From NCBI GenBank assembly GCA_016206785.1, contig JACQQV010000008.1, positions 4,402-68,401 of the forward strand: a stretch of 64,000 bases of DNA, given 5' to 3'. Under the pieces are notes generated by a model. The model saw nothing but the letters and a program-made list of their open reading frames with translations. It had not been told where the DNA came from and made no database searches. The DNA is from Candidatus Omnitrophota bacterium. GTDB taxonomy: Bacteria; Omnitrophota; Gorgyraeia; JACQQV01. Of this stretch, positions 22,627-32,266 are shown one piece after another (position 1 is the stretch's first letter; every line of letters starts with the position of its first letter). The position numbers were made by a program, and so were the translations under genes.

Positions 22627-23507
22627 GCGAACAGATTCAGTCGACGATGCTCCTCGATGAGCCGTTGTCACGGCATACCTCGCTCCGGATAGGAGGTCCT
22701 GCATGGGCCTGGATTTGGGTGAAAGACCTCGAGAATCTTCTTAAAATTCTTCAGTTTTCAAAAGAAGAAAACCGTCCTGTCACCCTCATGGGGGGCGGCT
22801 GTAATATCCTTCCGAAGGACAAAGGGTATGAGGGCATCGTTCTCAACCTACGGACCCCCTTTTTCCGACGGATGGAGCTGGGGGGAGAGACAACGCTTCG
22901 CGTTGGAGCGGGGGTCTCTTTGGAAGAACTCGTCGCGTTTACGAGAAGGAAGGGACTAGGAGGTCTTGAGATGATGACGGGGGTTCCGGGAACGGTGGGA
23001 GGGGCGATCGCCGTCAATGCCGGAAGCCACGACCGGTCGATCGGTGATCAGGTCGAAGAAATCGTTTTTCTGAACGCCAAGAAAGAGGTGGTTCGGCTTC
23101 GAAAAGGGGAGATCCATTTTGAATATCGTGCCTCCAATCTGGCCAATGGAATTATTCTTGAGTCGAAACTGAAAGTCGCGCCGGTCAATCGCGCCCAACT
23201 GGATGAACAGTGTCGGCAATTCCTGATTTATAAAAAAAATACACAGGATTTGGTGAGACCGAGTGCGGGATGCATCTTCAAGAATCCAAAAAATGGTCAC
23301 AAAACGAGTGGAGAACTCATTGATCTCTCGGGACTGAAGGGACTACGAATCGGAGATGCGCAGGTTTCGGAGAAGCATGCCAATTTTATCGTGAATCTGG
23401 GTCACGCCACTTCGGACCATGTCTTTGCACTGATCGATCGGGTCCGGCAGAGGGTGAAAAAAGATCATCGCTGCGAATTAGAACTGGAGGTTCGGCTCTT
23501 GGCATGA
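22575..23507 (+). CDS. murB: UDP-GlcNAc-enolpyruvate reductase
   Basis: HTSLRIGGPA, PGTVGGA, SAGCIFKNP, HANFIVN and LELEV. Confidence 0.95.
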   Translation: MFTRNSFVDPQTLRDHLSEQIQSTMLLDEPLSRHTSLRIGGPAWAWIWVKDLENLLKILQFSKEENRPVTLMGGGCNILPKDKGYEGIVLNLRTPFFRRMELGGETTLRVGAGVSLEELVAFTRRKGLGGLEMMTGVPGTVGGAIAVNAGSHDRSIGDQVEEIVFLNAKKEVVRLRKGEIHFEYRASNLANGIILESKLKVAPVNRAQLDEQCRQFLIYKKNTQDLVRPSAGCIFKNPKNGHKTSGELIDLSGLKGLRIGDAQVSEKHANFIVNLGHATSDHVFALIDRVRQRVKKDHRCELELEVRLLA

Positions 23508-24496
23508 AGTCGCTTACCGAAAAAGAACGTGAAGTCTTATCAGATCTCCGTCGGTCAAAGACGATCGGCGTTCTCATGGGAGGGTCCTCTTCCGAACGGG
23601 ACATCTCTCTCAAATCAGGTGCAGCGGTTTTAACACACCTCTCAGAGGGGGGGTATCGGGTGGAACCGTGTGCCTTTGACAGGGAAGAGGAATTACCCGT
23701 TCAATTAAAGAAGAAAAGAATTCAGCTCGCCTTTTTGGCCCTTCACGGAAAATTTGGAGAAGACGGAACGGTTCAGGCCCTTTTGGAATCTTTAAAGATT
23801 TCTTATACCGGCTCGGATGTTTTGGCGAGCCGGCGGGCGATTGACAAATGGGCTGCCAAAGAGACGTTTCGCAAGAAAGGACTTCTGACCCCCGTTTCGT
23901 GGATGGTGAAACCCTCAGATCCGATCCCTTCTTCAGGCTTTTCCTTTCCCATCGTCGTAAAACCGGTGTGTCAGGGATCGAGCATCGGGCTTTCCATTGT
24001 AGATCGTCCGGAGGAGTTACCGGAGGCGGTCAAGAAGGCTTTTCAGTTTGATGCCCGTGTTCTTCTTGAGGAATATATCCGAGGATCAGAGCTCACGGTA
24101 GGGATTCTCGGAGAAGAGGCCCTTCCGGTGATCCAGATTCTCCCGGGAAACCGTTGCTATGACTATGAAGCCAAGTACACAAGTGATAAGACCCAGTTTC
24201 TGATTCCGGCGCCGATCGATGATGGGACTACCTGCTCAGTTCAGGAAGCTGCGCTTCAGGCCCATGAGGCGTTGGGATGTTCTTCCTTTTCTCGGGTCGA
24301 CCTTCTTTTGAATGAGGAAGGACAACCCGTCATCTTGGAAGTCAACACGATTCCGGGAATGACAGCACGGAGCCTCCTTCCCAAGGCCTGTGAGGCGGCG
24401 GGGATCTCTTTTCTAGAACTGTGCGAGCGATTGCTTCTCATGGCGCTTTTCAAAACAAAGACACAGGGCATCCATGCCGAAAAAAAATCCCAGTAA
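23504..24496 (+). CDS. ddl: D-alanine--D-alanine ligase
   Basis: GGSSSERDISLKSG, LHGKFGEDG, GSSIG, YDYEAKY and EVNTIPG. Confidence 0.96.
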   Translation: MKSLTEKEREVLSDLRRSKTIGVLMGGSSSERDISLKSGAAVLTHLSEGGYRVEPCAFDREEELPVQLKKKRIQLAFLALHGKFGEDGTVQALLESLKISYTGSDVLASRRAIDKWAAKETFRKKGLLTPVSWMVKPSDPIPSSGFSFPIVVKPVCQGSSIGLSIVDRPEELPEAVKKAFQFDARVLLEEYIRGSELTVGILGEEALPVIQILPGNRCYDYEAKYTSDKTQFLIPAPIDDGTTCSVQEAALQAHEALGCSSFSRVDLLLNEEGQPVILEVNTIPGMTARSLLPKACEAAGISFLELCERLLLMALFKTKTQGIHAEKKSQ

Positions 24497-25286
24497 ACCG
24501 ACCAAAAAGAAGAAAAGAGACTTCCCCCTCGGAAACTTTTTTGTAGGGATCGTGGGAAGGATGCTGCGGATTGGCATTCCGCTGGCCTTCTTTGGATTTT
24601 TCTTCTTTTTCCTTTCAAAGGCTACACTTCATTTCTTGAGTCGTTCTCCCTATTTTTCCATTGAAACCGTGGAGGCCTCTTCCTCGAAGAGCGGCTTTGC
24701 GTTTCAGGACCAGAGCCTGATGGGTTCTCTCCTGGGTCGGAATATCTTTTCGGTCGATCTTTCCGCCCTCCAAGAGGAGGTCAAGGAAAAACATCCCGAA
24801 CTCCTCACCGCAAAGGTCGAGCGCACCTTTCCTAACCGCATCCGTATCGATGTCACGCCGCGTACGCCTGTCGCCCAAGTCCAGAGCGGCGGTTATTTAT
24901 TGGTAGACAAAGACGGCGTCATCCTTCCATTTCCCCAAGGTCCTCATGAGAAGAATCTCCCGATCATCGTCGGTGTCCAAGAAAAACTGGAACGGCTTCA
25001 AGTCGGATATCAGCTCGTCTCCAAGGCATTGGATGAGGCGCTTCTCTTTGTTGAGACGATTGAAAAACTGCCGGAGTTTTCCCGTTACGTCCACACCATT
25101 GATGTCAGCGACTACAAAAACCTTTCTTTCAGGACGACGGAAGGACTGGAGGTCAAGGTGGGTCACGGAGACTTTAAAGAGAAGTTGTACCGCTTTGACC
25201 GCACGCGGGTCACGCTCGGCGGTCGGATCGGGGAGGTCAAGTATATCGATCTTCGATTTGACGAAGTCGTCATCGGTTCCCGATAA
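24474..25286 (+). CDS. ftsQ: Cell division protein FtsQ/DivIB
   Basis: TM segment, POTRA-like region (VERTFPNRIRI) and C-terminal YIDLRF. Confidence 0.88.
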   Translation: MPKKNPSKPTKKKKRDFPLGNFFVGIVGRMLRIGIPLAFFGFFFFFLSKATLHFLSRSPYFSIETVEASSSKSGFAFQDQSLMGSLLGRNIFSVDLSALQEEVKEKHPELLTAKVERTFPNRIRIDVTPRTPVAQVQSGGYLLVDKDGVILPFPQGPHEKNLPIIVGVQEKLERLQVGYQLVSKALDEALLFVETIEKLPEFSRYVHTIDVSDYKNLSFRTTEGLEVKVGHGDFKEKLYRFDRTRVTLGGRIGEVKYIDLRFDEVVIGSR

Positions 25287-25299
25287 GGACTCTTTTCGA

Positions 25300-26502
25300 A
25301 TGAAGAAGAACTGGATGTGTGGCATTGAGATGGGATCGAGCAAGATGGTTGGCTCGGTCGGCAGGATCAAGGGAACGACCCTTTCCATTTTTGGGGCTGC
25401 CTGGGTGGATGCCGGCGGGATGACGAAAGGGGTTGTCTCAGATTTAGGAGAGGCCTCCTCAGCCATGAAGGAGCTGGTGGACCGTCTCGAATTTCAAACC
25501 AAACTCCGTCTGGAAGGAACCCTTTTGGGTGTGCAGGGATCGCATCTTGAATGTGTGAGCATTCAGGGAAAAGATCTGATTTCTGAGAAAGGAAGAGAGA
25601 TTGCCTCACGGGAAGTTCGGCGGGCGCTTCAAGCAGCTCAATCGGTTTCTCTGCCGATGAATCGCCGGGCCCTCCACGCCCTCCTTCAGGGTTACGACGT
25701 GGATGGTCAAGAAGGGATTCGTAACCCGATCGGGATGTACGCGACCCGATTCAGAGTTCATCTTAAAGTGATCACAGGAAACAGTTCTTTTATTCAAAAT
25801 GCGGTGACATGCGTCAATCGGGCGGGACTCGAGGTGGAGGGGATTGTCTTTTCAGGGTATGCCACAGCGCTCGCCGTTTTGGAAAGGGAAGAGCGAAATT
25901 TTGGGTGTGGTCTTCTTGAAATCGGTGAAGGGACAAGTAGTTTCCTCGCCTTTCGGGGTGGAGGGGTGACGCACCTTAAGGTTTTTCCCGTCGGAGGAGA
26001 ACTCATTACCCAACAGATTGCCGAGCGTTTTCAGATTCCCCTTCAGGAAGCAGAGACCCTGAAGAAACAGTACGGCTCCCTGATCTTAAGTAGCTCTGCA
26101 AAAGATCATGAATTTCTTGTGAGCGACGGCACCCGTCAAAAGGTCATTCGGCGGGCGGAACTTTGCGAGGTCATCCAAGGAGCCGTGGAAAAGCTCCTGC
26201 AGACTTTTAAGAAGGAGGTCAAAGAACTCCCTTCTCCCAACGCAACCCTTATTCTGGCGGGAGGCACAGCCCTCCTGGAAGGGATGGTGGAAGGGACGAG
26301 CCAATTTTTTCAGTGCCGTGTGCGTCTCGGCGAAGTTCAAGAGGTCCATTCTACCAAGCCTCTCCCGCTTCCTTTTGCCACTTCCGTCGGTCTTCTCCGG
26401 TACGGATACGAAAAACAAAAAGAAGGAAAGGAACTTCTTCCAGAAGGGCCTGTCGGGAAAGCCTTCACGAAGGTCAAAGAACTTTTTCTGGATTATTTTT
26501 AG
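25300..26502 (+). CDS. ftsA: Cell division protein FtsA (divergent)
   Basis: GMTKGVV, YDVDGQEGIRNPIGM, PVGGELIT, AETLK and LAGGTALL, plus a C-terminal amphipathic helix (FTKVKELFLDYF). Start at ATG 25300. Confidence 0.9.
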   Translation: MKKNWMCGIEMGSSKMVGSVGRIKGTTLSIFGAAWVDAGGMTKGVVSDLGEASSAMKELVDRLEFQTKLRLEGTLLGVQGSHLECVSIQGKDLISEKGREIASREVRRALQAAQSVSLPMNRRALHALLQGYDVDGQEGIRNPIGMYATRFRVHLKVITGNSSFIQNAVTCVNRAGLEVEGIVFSGYATALAVLEREERNFGCGLLEIGEGTSSFLAFRGGGVTHLKVFPVGGELITQQIAERFQIPLQEAETLKKQYGSLILSSSAKDHEFLVSDGTRQKVIRRAELCEVIQGAVEKLLQTFKKEVKELPSPNATLILAGGTALLEGMVEGTSQFFQCRVRLGEVQEVHSTKPLPLPFATSVGLLRYGYEKQKEGKELLPEGPVGKAFTKVKELFLDYF

Positions 26503-28421
26503 TAAAGACCGGCAGGGTTAAAGATAATTTCGATTTCTTCAGGGGGGTTCTCGATCCTGATGAATCCTAAATCATCCCCCTCCAGATCTTCCTTCCCAAT
26601 CTTCCGCTCCGGGTAAGTTCGGATTCCTGGAGACCAGTGATACTTCAAGATCACCTCACCCGCCTCAGCCTCCACCTCTTTTAAAGAGATCCGGTTAAAA
26701 TCGGCAGAGACCCTTCCCGAACCTTTTAGAAAAAAGCTCCCGGTGTGATGGATCTGGTAGCAAGCGAAAGGACCGATCAACGCCTCTTCCTTAAGATAGG
26801 AAGGAGATAGGTGTCTTAAGTATTTCTTCGCCATTTGGCTAAAGCAGATGACCCATCGGATATTATAACGATCTACGTACTCCCGGAAGGCTGCGGAGGA
26901 AAGTTGTTCAATCGGCTTTCCTAAGAGTCTTCCATCCGTGAAGCCCATGAGGAGAAGTTGAGAAGGGACCTCAGGGGTAGGAGGGGTAATGACCTCCCTT
27001 CCGGTTAAAAGAGGGACAATGGCGGGAAGATGGGTCCCCCAATACACATGGTGAGGATGGTCGCTATCCTCCATCAAGAGACGTCCTTCTTGACCCCTAT
27101 TTTTTTGTACCCAGGCCAGAAGCCGATCAAGTTCTAGCGGCCTCATGGAAGTGGTGAGGGGGGAAGATGAGGCAAAGTTTTTCTCTTTAAGGAAGAGGCG
27201 TTTGACGCAGAAGGTATAGCGATTTTTATCGGTGGCGATACTCTGAAGGAGACCCAGAAGGATGATTCCATAAAAAAGGAGGAGAGAAGCCTTTTGAAGA
27301 TCGAGAGAGATAACCTTTTTTCCTTGCCGGCGCAACAGATCGAAAAACTGCGAACCCTTTTCGGCGATCAAGGCTGAGGCCGGAACCGACAGAAAAAGTG
27401 AGAGGGGCCAATCATAGCGATGTCTCTGAAGGAGGAGGGCGGTAGGCCCTTTGAGGAAAAACATGAAACTGAAGAGAAGGGCGATACCGACGGCAAAGGG
27501 GACTGCGGCGTTAAACTTCCTCCGGAACCATCTCCCCGTTCCCCAGAGGCCTAACATGAGAAGGAGAATCCGTGAAGCATCCTGATGGAGATACCAGGCG
27601 GAGAGCGTCGGCGGTTTCTCAAGGAACGCCCCAGAGAGGGCCGTGTGGAGAAAAGAGCGATAATGGAAATAGGGAAGAATCCAGAAAAGATTTGCGGCCA
27701 CGGTGACAAAGAGACCGAGCCCACCCAGGAGAGGGATCCCCCTCGGTTTTCTCTTCAGGGCACAAAGTAACAGCATCACGGCGGGAGGGAAGAGAATGCT
27801 GAAGGTCACCGTGTGGATCAAAAGGGCGAACGCCCCCCATAAGCAGAAAAGGAAAAAGGAGCGTAAGGTCCGTGCTTCGAGAAAATGAAGAAGGGTCACA
27901 AGGGCGAGGAGTGCCGGTGGACAGGCGAGGATATAGGAAATAGAACCCCACCGGACACTTGAGATATTTGGAATTTTCCAGAAGAAGAGCATTCCGAGGA
28001 TCCCGGCAATTGCAATAGAGGAAGAACGGAGTTTTAACGCCTTGGTGGCAGCCATGATCCAAAAAGGAAAAGTCAAGAGACCGATCAAGATATAAAGTTT
28101 CAGGAGTTCGGCAGCGTCTGCGAAAGGAAAAAGGAGAGAAAGCACCTGTTCCCCTTTGGAACTACTGATGGCAAAGGGATAATAGGGATAGCCAGCAAGA
28201 TGATACGGGCTGTAACCCCACAGCGTTCGCGAGGTCTTAAAGAGGATCCGTGCGTCATAAAGAGAAGAAGAGCGAAACGCATAGTCATCGGTGAGAAGCG
28301 GTCTTCCACTTCCCCATTCAAAGAAGGAGACGAAGCCGAGTATCCCAAAAAGATGCAAGGCATAGAAAAGAACAAAAAGAGATACAACAGGACGCTTCCA
28401 AAGAAGTTCAAAGGGTTTCAT
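26499..28421 (-). CDS. Multi-TM membrane protein, GT-C-like glycosyltransferase candidate
   Basis: Many hydrophobic segments, a DD motif after the first TM (LLTDDY), WGYSPYHLAGYP, and a soluble C-terminal domain. Its stop overlaps the ftsA stop convergently. Confidence 0.6.
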   Translation of the reverse strand: MKPFELLWKRPVVSLFVLFYALHLFGILGFVSFFEWGSGRPLLTDDYAFRSSSLYDARILFKTSRTLWGYSPYHLAGYPYYPFAISSSKGEQVLSLLFPFADAAELLKLYILIGLLTFPFWIMAATKALKLRSSSIAIAGILGMLFFWKIPNISSVRWGSISYILACPPALLALVTLLHFLEARTLRSFFLFCLWGAFALLIHTVTFSILFPPAVMLLLCALKRKPRGIPLLGGLGLFVTVAANLFWILPYFHYRSFLHTALSGAFLEKPPTLSAWYLHQDASRILLLMLGLWGTGRWFRRKFNAAVPFAVGIALLFSFMFFLKGPTALLLQRHRYDWPLSLFLSVPASALIAEKGSQFFDLLRRQGKKVISLDLQKASLLLFYGIILLGLLQSIATDKNRYTFCVKRLFLKEKNFASSSPLTTSMRPLELDRLLAWVQKNRGQEGRLLMEDSDHPHHVYWGTHLPAIVPLLTGREVITPPTPEVPSQLLLMGFTDGRLLGKPIEQLSSAAFREYVDRYNIRWVICFSQMAKKYLRHLSPSYLKEEALIGPFACYQIHHTGSFFLKGSGRVSADFNRISLKEVEAEAGEVILKYHWSPGIRTYPERKIGKEDLEGDDLGFIRIENPPEEIEIIFNPAGLY

Positions 28422-30496
28422 TGCACTTTAAGTGTTTCAACTCGTTTTAGATTCTCAACGGTCTCGTTGGCATAGGGATTCACCTTTAAAATATCCTTGA
28501 ATTCCTTCTCTGCTTTTTCAAGTTCACCCTTCTCTGCATAAAGAATTCCGAGGGCGTTATGCGCTGAAAGATAAGCGGCGTCAAAAGGGCTCACACGACG
28601 ATATTCTTTTTCCGCGTAGAGCCACTGTTTCCTGCTCGCATAAAGCCTTCCCAGTTGGAATCGGCTTTCTCCAAAATGAGGATTCAGCCTCACACTCTCC
28701 TTGAATTCTTTGAGAGCCAGGTCTTCCTTTCCCATGAGGGTATAGAGAACCCCTAGACTATAACGGAAGAGGTAGACTGTGGGTTGAAGGGCCACCGCCT
28801 GACGATAGGCGGATAACGCCTCTTCAAGTTTTCCTTGTTGACGGAGGAGATTTCCAAGGTTGTGATAAATGAGAGCACTCCGGGGTGAACGAGAAAGGTT
28901 TTTTCTGTAGAGAACCTCTGCTTTATCCACGATCCCCATCTTTCCATAAAAATCAGCGAGCCTTAGTTCAGCCGTCGAATCTTCAGCATTCAAAGGAATG
29001 GGGTCCTTTGCCAGATCGATGGCGTGAGCATGGAGGATGGGGCGATTTTCAGGGCTTTTCTTCATAAAAATGATGATCTGTTCATCCAGATAAATGGGGA
29101 CCCATTCAGCATCGCGGGAGAGCCAGCGTAGAAAGTTCGCTTGTTTTTGGATCGTGTGATCCAAGATGCAGAAGTTAATGTTGTACTTTTCCACCCATTT
29201 CGGCCAGAAAGCCGGAACATTGAAGAGGTGAAAAAGTTCTTGGAAGAAAGATGCTCCATAGACTTCGAGTCGCCCATCCATGAAGACCTTCCTTTCCGGG
29301 TAAAGGCGCCAGATGAGGTAATTTCCAACGTCCAGACCCGAGTTAAAGAAATTCCCGGGGAGATCACTTTCTGCAATAAAATTTGCTGCTTGAATGCAAT
29401 AGCGGTGTTCCGAAACGCCCAGGCCAAATCTTTTGTGAAGTCCTTCGTGGACATAAAAGGCGTTCGTTACAAAGGGGAGCGGCAGAAGAAGCGTCAAGGA
29501 GAAGAGAAGGTGCGTTTTCACGCCTTCTAAAAAACGCAGCCTTTCGTGAGAAAGGCCTTCAAGATTTTTAAGGAGAAGGAAACAACAAACGAAGGAAAAG
29601 GGAGCGATATTCCTTCTCGCTAAGAGAGAAAGGAAGGCAAAGATCAAAAATAAGACACCGTGAGAATAAGAGAAGCGTTTATGGTTTAGAAGAAAGGAAA
29701 AAGAGGTAAGAAGTAATAACGTTTTGTAAAGAAGGAGGGTGATACTCGCGTCATAGGTCGCGAGAGGCCTCGTGAATTCACCGATCCCCGCTGTGAAGAT
29801 TTCAATTTCACCGCTAATCCGGCTGTAAAGCGTCAGGGGAAAGAGGGATCCCTTCACGCCATACGGATTCACAAGCGTTGCAGCACTGGAGAGGAGAAAA
29901 AAGAGAAGGAGTCTTGCAGGGAACGATTTTTTCTCACAGATTTCACCGACGCAGAAAGCCCCGATGGCCAAGAGTCCAAAGATGAAGAGGCTGTGGCTAT
30001 TGACCCAAAGGATCTGAAGCAATGGGAGGAGGAACAGTCGTTTCGTGGGGCCCCGACGCTCCTTTTCAAGGATTAAAAGGGTAATGACCAGAAGAAGGAA
30101 ACTGAGCACCTCCGGTCGCTCAACGAGACGTTCGTGAGCTGTCCAGAGGGTTAAGGAAAGGATGGGGAGAAGAAGCAATGGTTCGATTTTTCGATAGAAA
30201 AATCGGAAGAGAAGAAAAAAGGTGAGTGTGGCAATGAAGACCTTAAAAAAAATGATCCCGTTAATCCCGAGCAGCTTGTAAAAAAAATAGATGAGGAGTT
30301 GAAAAAACCAGGAGAGATCGATCCAGGGATGGGTGGAGACGGTATAAGAGAAAAGGTCTATCCGAGGAATCGCATGGTGCTTCCAAATCCACTCCCCTGT
30401 TTTTAAATGCCACCAGACATCATAGGCCCAAAGGGTGTGGGTGACGGAGAGGATGACCCCAAGAAAAAAGAGAAAAATGATTACTTTCTCTCTCAT
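28418..30496 (-). CDS. Multi-TM membrane protein with C-terminal TPR repeats, GT-C-like
   Basis: Real start is taken as ATG 30496 (MREKVIIFLFF). Contains DVWWHLKTGEWI, ERPE, WVNSH and FMDGR, followed by TPRs (YHNLGNLL...ALSAYRQAVALQP). Confidence 0.75.
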   Translation of the reverse strand: MREKVIIFLFFLGVILSVTHTLWAYDVWWHLKTGEWIWKHHAIPRIDLFSYTVSTHPWIDLSWFFQLLIYFFYKLLGINGIIFFKVFIATLTFFLLFRFFYRKIEPLLLLPILSLTLWTAHERLVERPEVLSFLLLVITLLILEKERRGPTKRLFLLPLLQILWVNSHSLFIFGLLAIGAFCVGEICEKKSFPARLLLFFLLSSAATLVNPYGVKGSLFPLTLYSRISGEIEIFTAGIGEFTRPLATYDASITLLLYKTLLLLTSFSFLLNHKRFSYSHGVLFLIFAFLSLLARRNIAPFSFVCCFLLLKNLEGLSHERLRFLEGVKTHLLFSLTLLLPLPFVTNAFYVHEGLHKRFGLGVSEHRYCIQAANFIAESDLPGNFFNSGLDVGNYLIWRLYPERKVFMDGRLEVYGASFFQELFHLFNVPAFWPKWVEKYNINFCILDHTIQKQANFLRWLSRDAEWVPIYLDEQIIIFMKKSPENRPILHAHAIDLAKDPIPLNAEDSTAELRLADFYGKMGIVDKAEVLYRKNLSRSPRSALIYHNLGNLLRQQGKLEEALSAYRQAVALQPTVYLFRYSLGVLYTLMGKEDLALKEFKESVRLNPHFGESRFQLGRLYASRKQWLYAEKEYRRVSPFDAAYLSAHNALGILYAEKGELEKAEKEFKDILKVNPYANETVENLKRVETLKVQ

Positions 30497-30526
30497 AACG
30501 GATACTATACCAAAGGATAGCGTTCG

Positions 30527-30555
30527 TTGACAAGGTGAATATATTATGCTATACT
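30527..30555 (+). promoter_or_regulatory. Sigma70-type promoter for pilB1-pilC1
   Basis: TTGACA-17 bp-TATACT with an extended -10 TG; strong RBS AGGAGGAGG downstream. Confidence 0.8.
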
Positions 30556-30583
30556 TAAAGAGGTTACGAAAAAGGAGGAGGTC

Positions 30584-32263
30584 GTGACGCAGACAAAAAG
30601 GTCGATTGGGAAGACGCTTGTGGAAGCGGGCCGACTTTCCAGTGAGGAACTCAGGCAGGCCGAAGAAGAGGCCCGCCAAAAGAACCTTTCCCTGGATGAG
30701 GTCCTGATCCGCAATAACTTCATTTCTCAGGAAGAAAGAGGGGTGCTGTTGGCGGATCAGATGGGGGTCCTCTATGTCGATCTTGAAAATTATCTGGTCG
30801 ACCCCGCCGCCATTGCCCTTGTTTCTGAAGCTTTTGCTAAAAAACATTCCTTGGTTCCCCTTTTCCGGATCGGAAACACCTTGACCGTGGCCATGGCCAA
30901 TCCTCAGGATGTTCTTGTCATCGATGATCTTCGTCAGAAGACCAAATGTGAAATCGAACCCTGCTATACCACCGTCGGTGCCATTCAAAATGCGATCGAT
31001 CAATATTACGGAGTGAGCGGTTCTCTCGAAGAATTGATCAAAGACATCGATCGAGAGAAACTGGCGCAGGAAGCCCAACGGAAGGGGAGGACGCCGGAAC
31101 AGATCGCGGAGGAGGCCCCTATCATTAAACTGGTCAATATGATTGTGATGCAGGCGATCCGCGATCGGGCAAGCGACATCCATGTGGAACCTGCAGAAAC
31201 CGTTCTCCGCATCCGGTATCGTATTGACGGTATCTTGCACGAAATCGTAACCACTCCCCTCGAATTGCAGCCACCGATCGTCTCCCGCATCAAGATCCTT
31301 TCAAAAATGGATATCGCAGAAAAGAGGATTCCACAGGACGGCCGTTTTCAAATGAAGAGCGAGGGGAAAGAAATAGACCTTCGCGTCTCTTCCTTTCCGA
31401 CCGTCTACGGAGAAAATGTGGTGATGCGTCTTCTCGATCGAAGCAATCTCCTCTTAAGCCTCGAGGATATCGGTTTTCCAACGGCAACGCTCAAAAATTA
31501 TAATCAACTGATCCATCGGCCCTACGGCATTATCTTGGTGACCGGACCGACGGGGAGTGGCAAAACCACGACCCTCTATGCCACCCTCCAAGCCATCAAT
31601 ACCGTCGCAAAGAATATCGTTACGATCGAGGACCCTGTCGAATATCATTTGGAACTGGTCCGCCAATGTCAAGTCAACCCGAAAGTGGGTCTGACCTTTG
31701 CCAATGGACTTCGTTCGATCGTCCGCCAAGACCCGGACATCGTGATGGTGGGCGAGATCCGTGATATGGAAACCGCCGAGATCGCGATTCATGCGGCCCT
31801 CACCGGCCAACTCGTTTTCTCAACCCTTCACACCAATGACGCCCCCTCTGCGGTGACACGCCTCGTCGATATGGGGATAGAACCCTTTTTGCTCTCCTCC
31901 TCGGTCGTTGGCGTTTTAGCACAGCGTCTGGTCCGTATCATCTGTCTGAAATGCAAAGCCTCTTATACACCTCCTGCCGAACTCTTGAAAGAGTTAAACC
32001 TGCCGCTCAACACCCTCTTCTACCGGGGAAAGGGATGCAGCCATTGCAAGAATACCGGGTACCGGGGACGGCTCGGTATCTTTCAACTGATGCTCATGAC
32101 CGCGGAAGTGAGGGAGCTTATCTTAAAGAATAGTTCTGCAGACCAAATCCGGAAGGAGGCCCATAGAGCGGGAATGATCACCCTCCGTGACGACGGTCTC
32201 GACAAAGCCCGCCAAGGCATCACGACCGTCGAAGAGGTCCTCCGAGTGACTCAGGAAGTATAA
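30584..32263 (+). CDS. pilB: Type IV pilus/T2SS assembly ATPase (PilB/GspE family), copy 1
   Basis: ASDIHVEP, PQDGR, Walker A GPTGSGKTT, TIEDPVE, RQDPDIVMVGEIRD, STLHTNDA and two CxxC motifs. Confidence 0.93.
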   Translation: MTQTKRSIGKTLVEAGRLSSEELRQAEEEARQKNLSLDEVLIRNNFISQEERGVLLADQMGVLYVDLENYLVDPAAIALVSEAFAKKHSLVPLFRIGNTLTVAMANPQDVLVIDDLRQKTKCEIEPCYTTVGAIQNAIDQYYGVSGSLEELIKDIDREKLAQEAQRKGRTPEQIAEEAPIIKLVNMIVMQAIRDRASDIHVEPAETVLRIRYRIDGILHEIVTTPLELQPPIVSRIKILSKMDIAEKRIPQDGRFQMKSEGKEIDLRVSSFPTVYGENVVMRLLDRSNLLLSLEDIGFPTATLKNYNQLIHRPYGIILVTGPTGSGKTTTLYATLQAINTVAKNIVTIEDPVEYHLELVRQCQVNPKVGLTFANGLRSIVRQDPDIVMVGEIRDMETAEIAIHAALTGQLVFSTLHTNDAPSAVTRLVDMGIEPFLLSSSVVGVLAQRLVRIICLKCKASYTPPAELLKELNLPLNTLFYRGKGCSHCKNTGYRGRLGIFQLMLMTAEVRELILKNSSADQIRKEAHRAGMITLRDDGLDKARQGITTVEEVLRVTQEV

Positions 32264-32266
32264 ACC

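Noticed and set aside
30497-31240. N-terminal 248 aa of the 940-aa ORF 28418..31240(-)
   Set aside because: It is antisense to pilB1 and crosses its promoter. The membrane protein plausibly starts at ATG 30496.
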